Shown here piece after piece: positions 31,676 to 40,949 of a DNA stretch of 64,000 nucleotides. The stretch lies in NCBI GenBank assembly GCA_965267575.1, contig OZ254086.1:2432001-2496000 (forward strand). The letters are read 5' to 3'. The stretch's first letter is position 1. Each line of letters starts with the position of its first letter. The notes beneath the pieces are model-generated. The model worked only from the letters and a program-made list of their open reading frames with translations. It searched no databases and was not told where the DNA came from. Source of the DNA: Calditrichales bacterium. Its GTDB lineage: Bacteria; Calditrichota; Calditrichia; Calditrichales; J004. The translations under genes and the position numbers were made by a program.

Positions 31676-32326
31676 ATGAAATACAAAGGTGTACTGCTCG
31701 ACTTTGACGGGGTGGTTTTAAAAAGCATGGAGCAACATTATGATGCCTGGAGCAGGGTGTTCGCCGAAAAGGGCACGCGCATAGAGCGGAAGGTATTTTA
31801 CCGTATGGAGGGACAGGGCATAAACACCATTGCCCGGCAACTGGCCGAACATTACAATCTCAATCCCGACGAAACAGAAGAGTGGGTGACGGCGAAGGTG
31901 CGCTACTATTACCAGCAGGAAAAAGCGGAATTTTATCCCTATTTCAGGGAGATGCTTAAGAATTTAAACGATCGTTCCGTGCCGCTGGCCGTGGTTACCG
32001 GCGGCAATAAACAACGTGTTAAAAGTACGATTGACAAGCACCTGGATGGTCGTTTTGACGCGCTGGTAAGCTTTGATGACGTTGAAAACGGCAAACCCCA
32101 CCCTGAGCCCTTTTTGCGTGGCGCGGAAAAGCTGGGTCTGCCGGCTTCCGAATGTATTGTAATTGAAAACGCGCCGCTGGGCATCCGCTCGGCCCGGGAT
32201 GCCGGATGCCACGTGATCGCCATTACGACGACACTGCCCGCCGAAGAGCTAGACGGCGCCCATACGATAGTAAATGATTTCCGCCAGGCTGAAGAAATTT
32301 TGCAAAAACTGCTGGCGTTCAGCTGA
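31676..32326 (+). CDS. HAD-family phosphatase (beta-phosphoglucomutase-like)
   Basis: DFDGV, GKPHPEPF and ENAPLG motifs. Confidence 0.9.
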   Translation: MKYKGVLLDFDGVVLKSMEQHYDAWSRVFAEKGTRIERKVFYRMEGQGINTIARQLAEHYNLNPDETEEWVTAKVRYYYQQEKAEFYPYFREMLKNLNDRSVPLAVVTGGNKQRVKSTIDKHLDGRFDALVSFDDVENGKPHPEPFLRGAEKLGLPASECIVIENAPLGIRSARDAGCHVIAITTTLPAEELDGAHTIVNDFRQAEEILQKLLAFS

Positions 32327-32343
32327 ATAATTAAGGATTAAAA

Positions 32344-32709
32344 ATGTACAAACTTTCAACCCGAACCATGATTAGCGCGGCCCATGTGCTGCGTGACTAT
32401 GACGGCCCCTGTTCGCGCCTGCATGGCCACAACTGGACCGTTAAGGTGGATGTGCTGGCCGAACAACTTAACAAAGTGGGGCTGGCCATCGATTTTAAGG
32501 ATATTGACCTCATCGTGCAGAAGGTGGTGGGCCGATTTGATCATCAGAATTTTAACGAGATCGCGCCTTTTGACAAAATCAATCCCACGGCCGAAAATAT
32601 CGCGCGTTACTTTTACCATGAGATAAAGGCGCATTTGCCGGAAGCCATCCGGCTGGATAAAGTAAGTATCTGGGAGACGGAGAATTACCTTGTCGAGTAC
32701 TTCGAATAA
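32344..32709 (+). CDS. queD: 6-carboxytetrahydropterin synthase
   Basis: AAH, CSRLHGHNW, PTAENIA and WET motifs. Confidence 0.95.
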   Translation: MYKLSTRTMISAAHVLRDYDGPCSRLHGHNWTVKVDVLAEQLNKVGLAIDFKDIDLIVQKVVGRFDHQNFNEIAPFDKINPTAENIARYFYHEIKAHLPEAIRLDKVSIWETENYLVEYFE

Positions 32710-33358
32710 GAAAAAAGACGCGCTGCGCATCAACGAGATTTTTTACAGTATCCAGGGCGAATCGACATGGGCCGGCAGCCCCTGCGTGTTTGTGCGCCTG
32801 ACCTACTGCAATTTGCGTTGCCGCTGGTGTGACACGGAATATTCGTTCTACGAAGGCGATTGGCGCAGCTTTGATGACATCATCGGCGAGGTGAAAAGCT
32901 ACGGCTGCAAGCTGGTGGAGGTGACCGGCGGTGAGCCGCTGGTACAGCAAAATGTGCTGCCGTTTATGCAACGCCTGTGCGATGAAGGTTTTACCGTGCT
33001 GCTGGAAACCGGCGGTCATATGGACCTCTCCGCGGTGGATGAGCGTGTCGGGCGCATCATCGATGTAAAGTGTCCCGGCAGTGGCGAGTCCGAAAAAATG
33101 TACTGGCCCAACCTGCAAAATATCAGGCCGGCCGACCAGGTCAAATTCGTTATCGCGGACCGCCCTGATTTTGACTATGCCCTGAATGTAATCAACAAAT
33201 ACGACCTTGCGACGCGCACAACAGCGCTGCTTTCCCCGGTGTTTGGCGAACTGCAGCCCGTGGAGCTGGCGCAATGGATTCTTGAATCAAAGCTGCCCCT
33301 GCGCATGCAACTGCAAATGCACAAATTTATCTGGGAGCCCGACACACGCGGCGTGTAG
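32690..33358 (+). CDS. queE: 7-carboxy-7-deazaguanine synthase (radical SAM)
   Basis: EIFYSIQGE, CNLRCRWCDT, TGGEP and QMHK motifs. Confidence 0.95.
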   Translation: MSSTSNKKKDALRINEIFYSIQGESTWAGSPCVFVRLTYCNLRCRWCDTEYSFYEGDWRSFDDIIGEVKSYGCKLVEVTGGEPLVQQNVLPFMQRLCDEGFTVLLETGGHMDLSAVDERVGRIIDVKCPGSGESEKMYWPNLQNIRPADQVKFVIADRPDFDYALNVINKYDLATRTTALLSPVFGELQPVELAQWILESKLPLRMQLQMHKFIWEPDTRGV

Positions 33359-33394
33359 GGAAACTGTTAAAATTCGGAGCGCGATACTCTCAGG

Positions 33395-33422
33395 TGTCAT
33401 TCTGAACGAAGTAAAGAATCCT
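33395..33422 (+). repeat. Solitary REP-like motif
   Basis: TGTCATTCTGAACGAAGTAAAGAATCC resembles the widespread TGTCATTCTGAGCGAAGCGAAGAATC-type extragenic repeat, as recalled; single copy in this window. Confidence 0.4.
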
Positions 33423-33472
33423 TATGTTTTGTATTGAGGCTTTAAAAGGGAATAAAAAAAGCGGAGAAAAAA

Positions 33473-33826
33473 ATGTCCAAAATTGAAGTTTTTGAAAACA
33501 AATATCCCGATCGTGACTATTACATCACGCACGTCAATGAAGAATTCACGTCGGTTTGTCCCAAGACAGGCCTGCCCGATTTTGGCACCATTACCATCGA
33601 TTACATTCCGGACAAGCTGTGCCTGGAACTGAAGTCGCTGAAATACTACTTCCTGGAATTCCGCAACGAAGGCATTTTTTACGAGCAGGTGACCAATAAA
33701 ATCCTCGATGACCTGGTGGCGGCCTGCAATCCGCGCTTTATGTCCATTACCGGCGAATTCAGTGTACGCGGCGGAATGCACTCCACGGTGGTGGCCGAAT
33801 ACCACGGCAAGGACAAAGAGGCGTGA
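33473..33826 (+). CDS. queF: preQ0 reductase, short (unimodular) type
   Basis: EFTSVCPKTGLPDF, ELKSLKYY and RGG motifs. Confidence 0.95.
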   Translation: MSKIEVFENKYPDRDYYITHVNEEFTSVCPKTGLPDFGTITIDYIPDKLCLELKSLKYYFLEFRNEGIFYEQVTNKILDDLVAACNPRFMSITGEFSVRGGMHSTVVAEYHGKDKEA

Positions 33827-34512
33827 AGCCGGCGGCGGTTGTTTTAGTAAGCGGGGGCATGGATAGTTGTGTCAGCGCGGCCATTGCGGCGCAATCGCAC
33901 GAGCCGGCCTTTCTGCATTTGAATTACGGGCAGAAAACGGAGCGCCGTGAGTTGAGGGCGTTTCATGATATCGCCTCCTATTATGCTGTACCCGAAGACC
34001 GTCGGCTGGTGGTGGACATGCGTCACTTCAGCGTGATCGGTGGCAGCAGCCTTACCGACAGCGGCATGCCCGTCAGCAAAGCGGACCTGACCAATAAGGA
34101 AATCCCCAGCAGCTACGTGCCGTTCCGTAATGCCAATATTTTGTCGATTGCGGTAAGCTACGCGGAAGTTATCGGCGCCAAAGCGATTTTTATCGGGGCG
34201 GTGGAGGAAGATTCATCGGGGTACCCCGACTGCCGGGAGAGTTTTTTCAAAGCTTTTAACCGTGTGATTGATGAGGGCACCAAACCGGATACACACATCG
34301 ATATCATCACGCCGTTAATACATATGAATAAAAAGCAGATTGTTGAACGCGGGATAGCGCTGAAAGCGCCGCTGGATAAAACCTGGTCCTGCTACCAGAA
34401 TGAAGAAGAGGCCTGTGGTGTGTGCGACAGTTGCGCGTTGCGTCTGCGCGGATTCCGCCAGGCCGGCCAGGAAGACCCGCTGCCTTACGTTACCCGCCCG
34501 GACTATTCGTAG
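33823..34512 (+). CDS. queC: 7-cyano-7-deazaguanine synthase
   Basis: SGGMDS, YVPFRN, GYPDCR and TWSCY...CGVCDSC motifs. Confidence 0.97.
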   Translation: MKPAAVVLVSGGMDSCVSAAIAAQSHEPAFLHLNYGQKTERRELRAFHDIASYYAVPEDRRLVVDMRHFSVIGGSSLTDSGMPVSKADLTNKEIPSSYVPFRNANILSIAVSYAEVIGAKAIFIGAVEEDSSGYPDCRESFFKAFNRVIDEGTKPDTHIDIITPLIHMNKKQIVERGIALKAPLDKTWSCYQNEEEACGVCDSCALRLRGFRQAGQEDPLPYVTRPDYS

Positions 34513-35207
34513 ATATCAATATCCCTGAACAGGTATTCCAGATCCTGCAGCCTTTTCTCGATGGAGAAGGGCAACTCCTTGGCAAATACATCCAGAACCA
34601 CAAGCGCGTTGAGGTTGGCGTCCTTGTCGACGGCGGAACGCATACGCGCGGCCATGCCCTGGTTTACGACCTGAATGCTGTTATAAATATCAGTGAGGTT
34701 GGACATATCCCAGTCCGGCTCTTTGCCGGCTTTGAGCTTGAAGTATTGCCCCAACAGGTAGCTGCTGGCGGAGCGGAAGACGGTCTCTTCGATGCTGGCG
34801 AAGGGGAGGTGAAAACGGACCATCGGGCGCAACGGCGCCATTACCGGGCAATCGCTGGTAACCATGAAGATGCCGAGCATTGCGCTCAGGCCGGATTGCA
34901 GCTGCGTATTCTGCGAATAATTGCGCTCGGCCGTTTCCACGATCACGTGGGCCTTTTCAAAAGAAAACATGCCGGAAAAGCGTTCGATGACCGGGCGCAG
35001 GTTGAGCGCCAGCGGACATTCCGGGTATTCCTCTTTGCTCAGCGGGCAGTTGCGGCACTGGTGGTGCTCCAGCTTCGTCCACGCCGAAGGTTCCGGGGCT
35101 TTAAAGTGCTGCAGCTTAAGCGTTTCCCTGTCCAGGTAAATTTCAAAATTTTCCTTTTTGCCGTCTTCAAAGATGAAGAAATATTTGAAATAGAGTGTAT
35201 TTTCCAT
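34503..35207 (-). CDS. Conserved hypothetical protein (DUF6901-like)
   Basis: WTKLEHHQCRNCPL...CP and RPMVRFHLPFAS motifs; start set at MENTLY. Confidence 0.75.
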   Translation of the reverse strand: MENTLYFKYFFIFEDGKKENFEIYLDRETLKLQHFKAPEPSAWTKLEHHQCRNCPLSKEEYPECPLALNLRPVIERFSGMFSFEKAHVIVETAERNYSQNTQLQSGLSAMLGIFMVTSDCPVMAPLRPMVRFHLPFASIEETVFRSASSYLLGQYFKLKAGKEPDWDMSNLTDIYNSIQVVNQGMAARMRSAVDKDANLNALVVLDVFAKELPFSIEKRLQDLEYLFRDIDIYE

Positions 35208-35307
35208 AAAAGCCTGTCCCTTATTATCGTAATAAACAGAGTCGCTTACCGCCGGAAGTCTCAAAACTCGGCATAAAATAATACTATTGCCAATAAAATG
35301 TTTATTT

Positions 35308-35341
35308 CAAAAAAAGGAGCAAGGGGTTGGCCCTTGCTCCC
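35308..35341 (-). terminator. Intrinsic terminator after the 35379-37676 gene
   Basis: GGAGCAAGGG-N5-CCCTTGCTCC stem with a preceding A-run. Confidence 0.7.
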
Positions 35342-35378
35342 TGTATAGAGCGAAATATTCCGTTGCTGTATTTTTCGC

Positions 35379-37676
35379 TTATTTGATCAACAGCATCTTG
35401 CGTACATCCACGTCAACACCGTTAACCATAAGGCGGACAAACAGCATACCGCTGCTGTGGGTAGTACCGTTGTAGGTGGCGCTGTAGTCCCCGGGAGCCA
35501 TGCGGCTGTCTACCAGCGTTTGCAGCTTGCGCCCGCTAACATCATAGACCTCCAGCACGATGTGCGCTTCTTTGGCCACGCTGTAGGTTATCGTCGTTTG
35601 CGGGTTAAACGGGTTGGGGTAGTTTTGCTTTAACGTAAACGATTGCGGCGTTGCCCTGTGCAGCTCATCTTCATCGAGGCCGGTGGGCTGCTCAACAAGC
35701 AGCATGCGCTTTACATATTTTTCTTCTGCATTATTGGCATCCACATGGATGGAGTAGAAGTACGCATCCTGACTTTGACCGGCATTGGTGAGGGCGGCAA
35801 TCTGGCCGTCGCCTTGCGGAATGCTGTCCACGTGCACCGTCCATGTGTGCGAAACGGAGGTGTTGCCGGGGATGCCACCGTAAACGACGCTGGAATCGTT
35901 CTTGCCGTCCACAGATAAACCGGCCGGCAGGTACAACGTGCTGAAACTGCTGTCCGCGGCCACATTGCCGTTATTAAAAATATTCACTACAACATCAAAA
36001 TATTCCGGTTCTACCACATCGCCATCGGCCTTAACGCTGGTGGGCGCTTCCACAACGGTAACAAGCGGCGGCAGCAGATCCATATTGGGAACGATGAAAC
36101 GGAAGGACGTATTGTTGGAGCTGTTGGATTCGACGATGCTGGAGGAACGGTCGATCGCCACATAAACGGCGTGGTACTCCGGCGCGTCGGGCACTGTCCA
36201 GTCCTGCATAAAGGTCACGCTTTCACCGGCCGGGATGGAATCGGCGACAAAAACCAGGCTGATCGAATAACCGGCCTGCGGATCGCCGTCGAAAAACTGC
36301 ACCGGCACGTTGTAGGCCGTTTCAAAACCGACGTTGGTGATCTCGGCCGAAACCTTGATCGGATCGCCGGGGTTACGCTCGGCGGAATCAGGATCGAAGG
36401 TGATATCGGCGGAAGAGATGGAAAGATCGGGCAGGGCCAGCGCGAAGTTCAGCGGCATGAAGTCGGCGCCAAAACCACCATTGGTGGAGGTGATGATCGA
36501 GACGTTCTCACTGCTGTTCACTTCATAGATCGCTTTGGTGGACGCCAGCCTGTGATGACCGCCGGCGGGCAGCACGTCATTGTAGACGGTATCGCCCGTT
36601 GCAGTGTTTGTAATAAGGATCTGGTTGTTGTTCTCAAAGGAGAAAATATCAAAATCGCCGCCGATGACCGGTGTATAAAAATGGGTGCCCAGACCCAAAC
36701 CCGATTCGTCGATCTGGCGGGCCATGTAATAATAGTTGCCCGTCCATGCCGCGTAAGGCGTGTTGCAGACGGTCACGGGTTTATCGGTCATAACTTCCCA
36801 GTAAGTATCACCATAAATGGAAACGGAAGCGGCTTCACCGGCGGAAATGACGCCCTGGTCCAGCGTATCACCGCTGACCTTGTCGGTAATCAGGTAATTG
36901 GTGGAATCGTTGTAGGCGGTAACGATTACGCCATTGGCCCAGCTGCCCACGTAGCCGGAGAATCCGTAGAAATGCGAGCCGCTGAAGGTGCCGTTTGTGG
37001 CCGGGATAAAGTAGCCCTGGTCGGCATAGCTGAGCGCGGAAACCGGCTTGTTAGCGGTAACACCCAAAAATTTACTGAATTGATTGTCCAGCACCATGTG
37101 TTCGCCTTTGTTGAGAATACCGGCGGCCACCGTAGAGGTATCGGTAAGGCTTTTCACGGTCACTTCGGTACCGTCGTTATAGGCGAAGACGATAAAGTGC
37201 TCGCCGCCCCAGTAAGAGGCCGGCATAAACGTGTTAAGGCGCGTGGAAACGGGACTGCCCGATTCGTCCACGGCAAAAAATCCCATTACGCTCTGCGATA
37301 CCGGGTCGCCGATAAGCAGCGAAAAAGAGTTGTTGCCTTCAATGCGGTAGATACCGGCGCCGGGAGAAAAAGAGTGAAACTGGTTGGCATCGAGATAGAC
37401 CGTATCCAGCGGCACGCTGTCCTGGCTGATGAGATAAAAAACGGACTCGTTAAAGTAGCTGAAAAGCACGATATCCTGGAATGTGTACGTCGTTGTGGCA
37501 AAAACGAATGTATCATCCAGGAAAGATGTAGCGACGCGCGGCGGTTGTGCCGGCATCATGGCTTGTGGCTCAAATTGCGGCTGCTGTCCGGGCGCCGCAC
37601 CGGGAGCGTTTTGGGAATAAAGGCCGGAAAGAGAAAAAAGCAGGGTTATTAGGATTGTAAAAAAGCGCATTTGCAC
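35379..37676 (-). CDS. Secreted protein with IgGFc-binding-like N-terminus, CARDB domain and T9SS-type C-terminal domain
   Basis: Signal peptide; PDLSIS...FFDGDP...ESNSSNN (CARDB); QNYPNPFNP. Confidence 0.8.
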   Translation of the reverse strand: MQMRFFTILITLLFSLSGLYSQNAPGAAPGQQPQFEPQAMMPAQPPRVATSFLDDTFVFATTTYTFQDIVLFSYFNESVFYLISQDSVPLDTVYLDANQFHSFSPGAGIYRIEGNNSFSLLIGDPVSQSVMGFFAVDESGSPVSTRLNTFMPASYWGGEHFIVFAYNDGTEVTVKSLTDTSTVAAGILNKGEHMVLDNQFSKFLGVTANKPVSALSYADQGYFIPATNGTFSGSHFYGFSGYVGSWANGVIVTAYNDSTNYLITDKVSGDTLDQGVISAGEAASVSIYGDTYWEVMTDKPVTVCNTPYAAWTGNYYYMARQIDESGLGLGTHFYTPVIGGDFDIFSFENNNQILITNTATGDTVYNDVLPAGGHHRLASTKAIYEVNSSENVSIITSTNGGFGADFMPLNFALALPDLSISSADITFDPDSAERNPGDPIKVSAEITNVGFETAYNVPVQFFDGDPQAGYSISLVFVADSIPAGESVTFMQDWTVPDAPEYHAVYVAIDRSSSIVESNSSNNTSFRFIVPNMDLLPPLVTVVEAPTSVKADGDVVEPEYFDVVVNIFNNGNVAADSSFSTLYLPAGLSVDGKNDSSVVYGGIPGNTSVSHTWTVHVDSIPQGDGQIAALTNAGQSQDAYFYSIHVDANNAEEKYVKRMLLVEQPTGLDEDELHRATPQSFTLKQNYPNPFNPQTTITYSVAKEAHIVLEVYDVSGRKLQTLVDSRMAPGDYSATYNGTTHSSGMLFVRLMVNGVDVDVRKMLLIK

Positions 37677-37781
37677 CTCCTGTGTTTGACTAAAATCCTT
37701 GAGGTATATTTCGGAATTAATACGGCGCTTTTTAGGGGAAATGTTTTTGCGGCTGTCTTTTGTGATACAGAACAGGCAAGG

Positions 37782-37976
37782 TCAGTCTTTTTGCGCTCCC
37801 GAGATATTAAAGCGCTTGAGGAAAAGCGCTTCCGACTCCACGGTACTGATCATTATCATTTCGCTGTTTTCGGCAAGCTGCGTGCCGGCTTTGGGGTTGA
37901 TCTCCTTGGTGCCGTTTTTGCGTAGGCCGATGATGCTGCAGCCGGTCTGTCTGCGGAAGTCGGTTTGGGCGTAAGC
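37782..37976 (-). pseudogene. 3' remnant of a TrkA-C (RCK_C) domain gene
   Basis: AYAQTDFRRQTGCSIIGLRKNGTKEINPKAGTQLAENSEMIMISTVESEALFLKRF*; no start codon in frame; abuts an AT-rich segment. Confidence 0.65.
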
Positions 37977-38156
37977 TATTAGATTTATCCCTAAACATTT
38001 GTTTTTTAATACTCTGCGGATAGTTTCTGAGTATTGCCAGGAGGGGTGATAAAACCGGGTGTCGCAGGTTTAAGTCAAAATAGAATTGTCTTAGGGTAAA
38101 TGTGACGGTTATATTATGAAAGCTAAAACAACGCTAATAAACCAAGTATATAATGT

Positions 38157-38177
38157 GCATAATTAGGAATGTTATAA
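38157..38177 (+). mobile_element. Candidate attI-like site / cassette left boundary
   Basis: GCATAAT-TAGGAAT-GTTATAA. The core GTTATAA at 38171 is identical to the R' of the downstream attC. Confidence 0.45.
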
Positions 38178-38231
38178 CATGGATTTTAGTACGTCTAATA
38201 CTTGTTATTGTTTTTTAATAGGAGATTTGAA

Positions 38232-39314
38232 ATGAAAAAAGTAATATTTTTACTAATTATAACTCTATCAGCTTGCTCTGAGAAGTCATCAGAACCTAAA
38301 AATTTATATACAGTTTCAGGGATCATTTATCAGAATGGGCAACCAAGCATCAATACTGTTGTTTCCATTGATGATAAATTAAATTTATCGACCACGACAA
38401 ATGAGAATGGTGAATTTTCTATTGGTAATGTTCCTGAAGGAGATAGATTATTTAAAACTTCAAAAACCTATGTTGATGGAAGTTTTGTTGAGAATACTTC
38501 AAACATTAGTGTAAATAATGACATTGAATTGAATTCACTTATTCTTCCAAATCCAACAAAACTAAATGACGTTAACGTTAAAACAGATAACTCGATAACA
38601 CTAACATGGTCACCTTCCAATGCATTAGATTTCAGGGAATATAAAATATACCGCAATTCAACACCTGGATTAGATGAGCAGACGGGTACTTTAGTTTATG
38701 TGACTATTGATAAAAATGACACTTCGTTTGTGGACGAAAATCTGGATGCCTTAGAGACATATTACTATCGTGTATTTGTAATGAATGAGTTTAGCCGCCT
38801 TGGTGGCAGTAATATTGTGTCAGCTACAACAAATAATAAAAATTATATCTGGAATGGTGATTTTGAATTGCAGGAGAATCCTTTAGTTTGGTGGAATAGT
38901 TATAATTTTGGTCAAATCCAAATTACAGATAGCATTAAGATTTCTGGTAACTATTCTTTACTGTTAAAATCTGAACAATCAAGTGTAGGTCATCTTCTCT
39001 CTGATCTCTCAAAATGGGGGGCAACATTTAAATTAGTAGGAGACCGTACGTACAAAATATCCGGATGGGTTAAAACAGAAGGTGAGTATAGTGAATATGT
39101 TGGGGATTTTTGGGGTGATCAAACAACAGAAAAAGCCGGATTTTTATCTTATAGTTTTTTTGGAATATTAGGTGTTCCACCCAATTCAGATTGGACATAC
39201 TTAGAAAAAACTTTTTTTGTAAGTTCAGCTGATGTAAATAATTTTAGTTTAAGTTTACGAAGCTCATGTGAGTATACTTGGTTTGATGACTTAAAATTGG
39301 AAATAGTTGAGTAA
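38232..39314 (+). CDS. AT-rich lipoprotein (carboxypeptidase-regulatory-like, FN3 and CBM4/9-like domains), cassette-borne
   Basis: Lipobox LSAC; FN3 (LTWS...YKIYR...YYYRV); NGDFE...WFDDL; markedly lower GC than flanks. Confidence 0.85.
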   Translation: MKKVIFLLIITLSACSEKSSEPKNLYTVSGIIYQNGQPSINTVVSIDDKLNLSTTTNENGEFSIGNVPEGDRLFKTSKTYVDGSFVENTSNISVNNDIELNSLILPNPTKLNDVNVKTDNSITLTWSPSNALDFREYKIYRNSTPGLDEQTGTLVYVTIDKNDTSFVDENLDALETYYYRVFVMNEFSRLGGSNIVSATTNNKNYIWNGDFELQENPLVWWNSYNFGQIQITDSIKISGNYSLLLKSEQSSVGHLLSDLSKWGATFKLVGDRTYKISGWVKTEGEYSEYVGDFWGDQTTEKAGFLSYSFFGILGVPPNSDWTYLEKTFFVSSADVNNFSLSLRSSCEYTWFDDLKLEIVE

Positions 39315-39319
39315 TTACA

Positions 39320-39413
39320 CAATAACAAATCATTAACGCGGAACAAAAGCTCTGAGCATGATTGGGCAGATGGTAGTTTTACTTGCCTTTGTCCGGTTAT
39401 CTCAGCGTTATAA
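39320..39413 (+). mobile_element. Integron attC site
   Basis: R'' CAATAAC, 5-nt spacer, L'' ATTAACGCGGA, then L' TCCGGTTAT, 6-nt spacer, R' GTTATAA. Two extrahelical bases; extended arm GGAACAAAAG/CTTTGTCC; starts 5 nt after the stop. Confidence 0.75.
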
Positions 39414-39428
39414 GCACCAAAACTCTTC

Positions 39429-39863
39429 ATGGAAATAGTACAAACAAAGCTGCAGCACCAGCATACATGGGTGGCCGTTCGCAAGCGGCTTTGGCCCGGT
39501 GATCCCGAAAATCATAAACAGGAAACGGCCGCCATTGTTGCCGCGGATTCGGAAAACGCCTTCCTGCTGATCGACGGGCAGGGGAAGGCCCACGGTTTTA
39601 TCGAAGGCAAGTACTACCACGCCAAAGGGCAAAAATACGGTCACGTGGAAGGCTGGTTTGTGGAGCCGCAGCTACGGGGGCAAGGTTTTGGCGCGCAACT
39701 GCTGGAGGCCCTCGAACACTGGTTCCTGCACCATTCCATCACCTGCTTCCATTCCGACACCATCGAAGAAGAGTATCCTTTGAGCAAACGGGCCCACATC
39801 CAAAACGGCTATGAGCCGATCTATCAGATCACTGTCCTTTTAAAAAAGGCAGGGAGGAAATAG
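39429..39863 (+). CDS. GNAT acetyltransferase, AAC(6')-I-like
   Basis: WxxxRxxLWP, GFIE, GHVEGWFVEPQLRGQG, SDT and SxxAH...G motifs. Confidence 0.75.
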   Translation: MEIVQTKLQHQHTWVAVRKRLWPGDPENHKQETAAIVAADSENAFLLIDGQGKAHGFIEGKYYHAKGQKYGHVEGWFVEPQLRGQGFGAQLLEALEHWFLHHSITCFHSDTIEEEYPLSKRAHIQNGYEPIYQITVLLKKAGRK

Positions 39864-40076
39864 CCATGTGGACTTTCTGCGTGCCGTAATCATTGTTTCT
39901 GTTTATGCTTTTGGCTTGTGATGATACGGGCCGTGTTTACATCACACCTGCCCAAAAACTGCGCCGGATAAAGTGTGGTTGCATGATGGCCTTTAGATCC
40001 GCTGCCATTCTACCGTCCCGCATACGTTATTCCTTAATATATTTGCTTTTCACCCGATCATGAGCAATAGAATTTT

Positions 40077-40796
40077 ATGGAGCAGCGCAAGATGGCATCA
40101 GATACACAAAAGGCCGGCTTTGAAATACCGGAAACCGTTCTCAAAAAATGGCAGGATATCATCGATACGATCGCTGAATTGTTTCATGTACCTGCCGCGC
40201 TCATCATGCGTATTGTGGAAAGCGACATCGAGGTGTTTGTTTCCAGTAACAGCGCGGGCAATCCCTATAAACCGGGCGACCATGAACATTTTCTGGGGTC
40301 CGGCTTGTATTGCGAAACGGTGGTAAATAAAAACCGGAAGCTGCTGGTGCCCAACGCGCTGAAAGACGAAAAGTGGAAAAACAATCCCGATATTAAACTG
40401 AACATGATTTCCTACCTGGGCTTCCCGATCCTGCAGCCGGACGGCAAGGCCTTTGGCACCATCTGCGTGCTGGATGATAAGGAAAACGCCTACACCGAAA
40501 CCTATGAAAAGCTTCTGGCGCAGTTCCGCGATATTATTCAGAACAACCTGGAGCTGGTTTATATGAACCATGTGCTGGGAAGTGAGAACAAGCGGCTGAG
40601 CGATTATATGTCCGAGATACAGACCTTGCGGCGGATCGTTCCTCTATGCGGCCACTGCAAAAGTGTTCGCGATGATGAAGGCTATTGGCAGACTGTCGAA
40701 AGCTATATCGCGCGGCTTTCGGAAGCACAGATCAGCCACGGCATTTGTCCTGCCTGTGTAAAAAAGTATTACCCCGAACTGGATGATGTTATCTAA
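40077..40796 (+). CDS. GAF-domain protein with C-terminal CxxC...SHGICPxC module
   Basis: GLYCETV, SYLGFPI and FGTICVLD motifs. Confidence 0.85.
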   Translation: MEQRKMASDTQKAGFEIPETVLKKWQDIIDTIAELFHVPAALIMRIVESDIEVFVSSNSAGNPYKPGDHEHFLGSGLYCETVVNKNRKLLVPNALKDEKWKNNPDIKLNMISYLGFPILQPDGKAFGTICVLDDKENAYTETYEKLLAQFRDIIQNNLELVYMNHVLGSENKRLSDYMSEIQTLRRIVPLCGHCKSVRDDEGYWQTVESYIARLSEAQISHGICPACVKKYYPELDDVI

Positions 40797-40949
40797 GCCG
40801 GCCGCTTAAACTCACCCGTTTATTGCGCGACTGCTTCATTACCTTTCTTCCCGCCCAGGGACCCCGGTATTTTTTGATTACCTTTCTGCCTGTAATATTT
40901 TATCCCGGCCAGGGCAGTTTAATTTTCATCAGACGACAAAGGAGAGCAC

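Noticed and set aside
32300..32344. preQ1 riboswitch upstream of queD
   Set aside because: Only 17 bp separate the HAD gene from queD, and no aptamer pattern is visible.
32344..34512. 7-deazaguanine DNA-modification (dpd) defence system
   Set aside because: No dpdA/tgt-like or dpdB-K genes in the window. queDEFC sits in a housekeeping run with host-like composition, consistent with tRNA queuosine synthesis.
36171..37652. Long antisense or shadow ORFs (for example 36171-37652, 173-748, 1923-2801, 41001-41807, 52948-53688)
   Set aside because: They lie opposite well-supported genes, lack recognisable motifs and are explained by codon bias.
37977..38160. Remnant of an integron integrase divergent from the attI-like site
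   Set aside because: One minus-strand frame contains LRNYPQSIKK, faintly like an IntI N-terminus, but there is no proper start and no tyrosine-recombinase motif. The evidence is insufficient.
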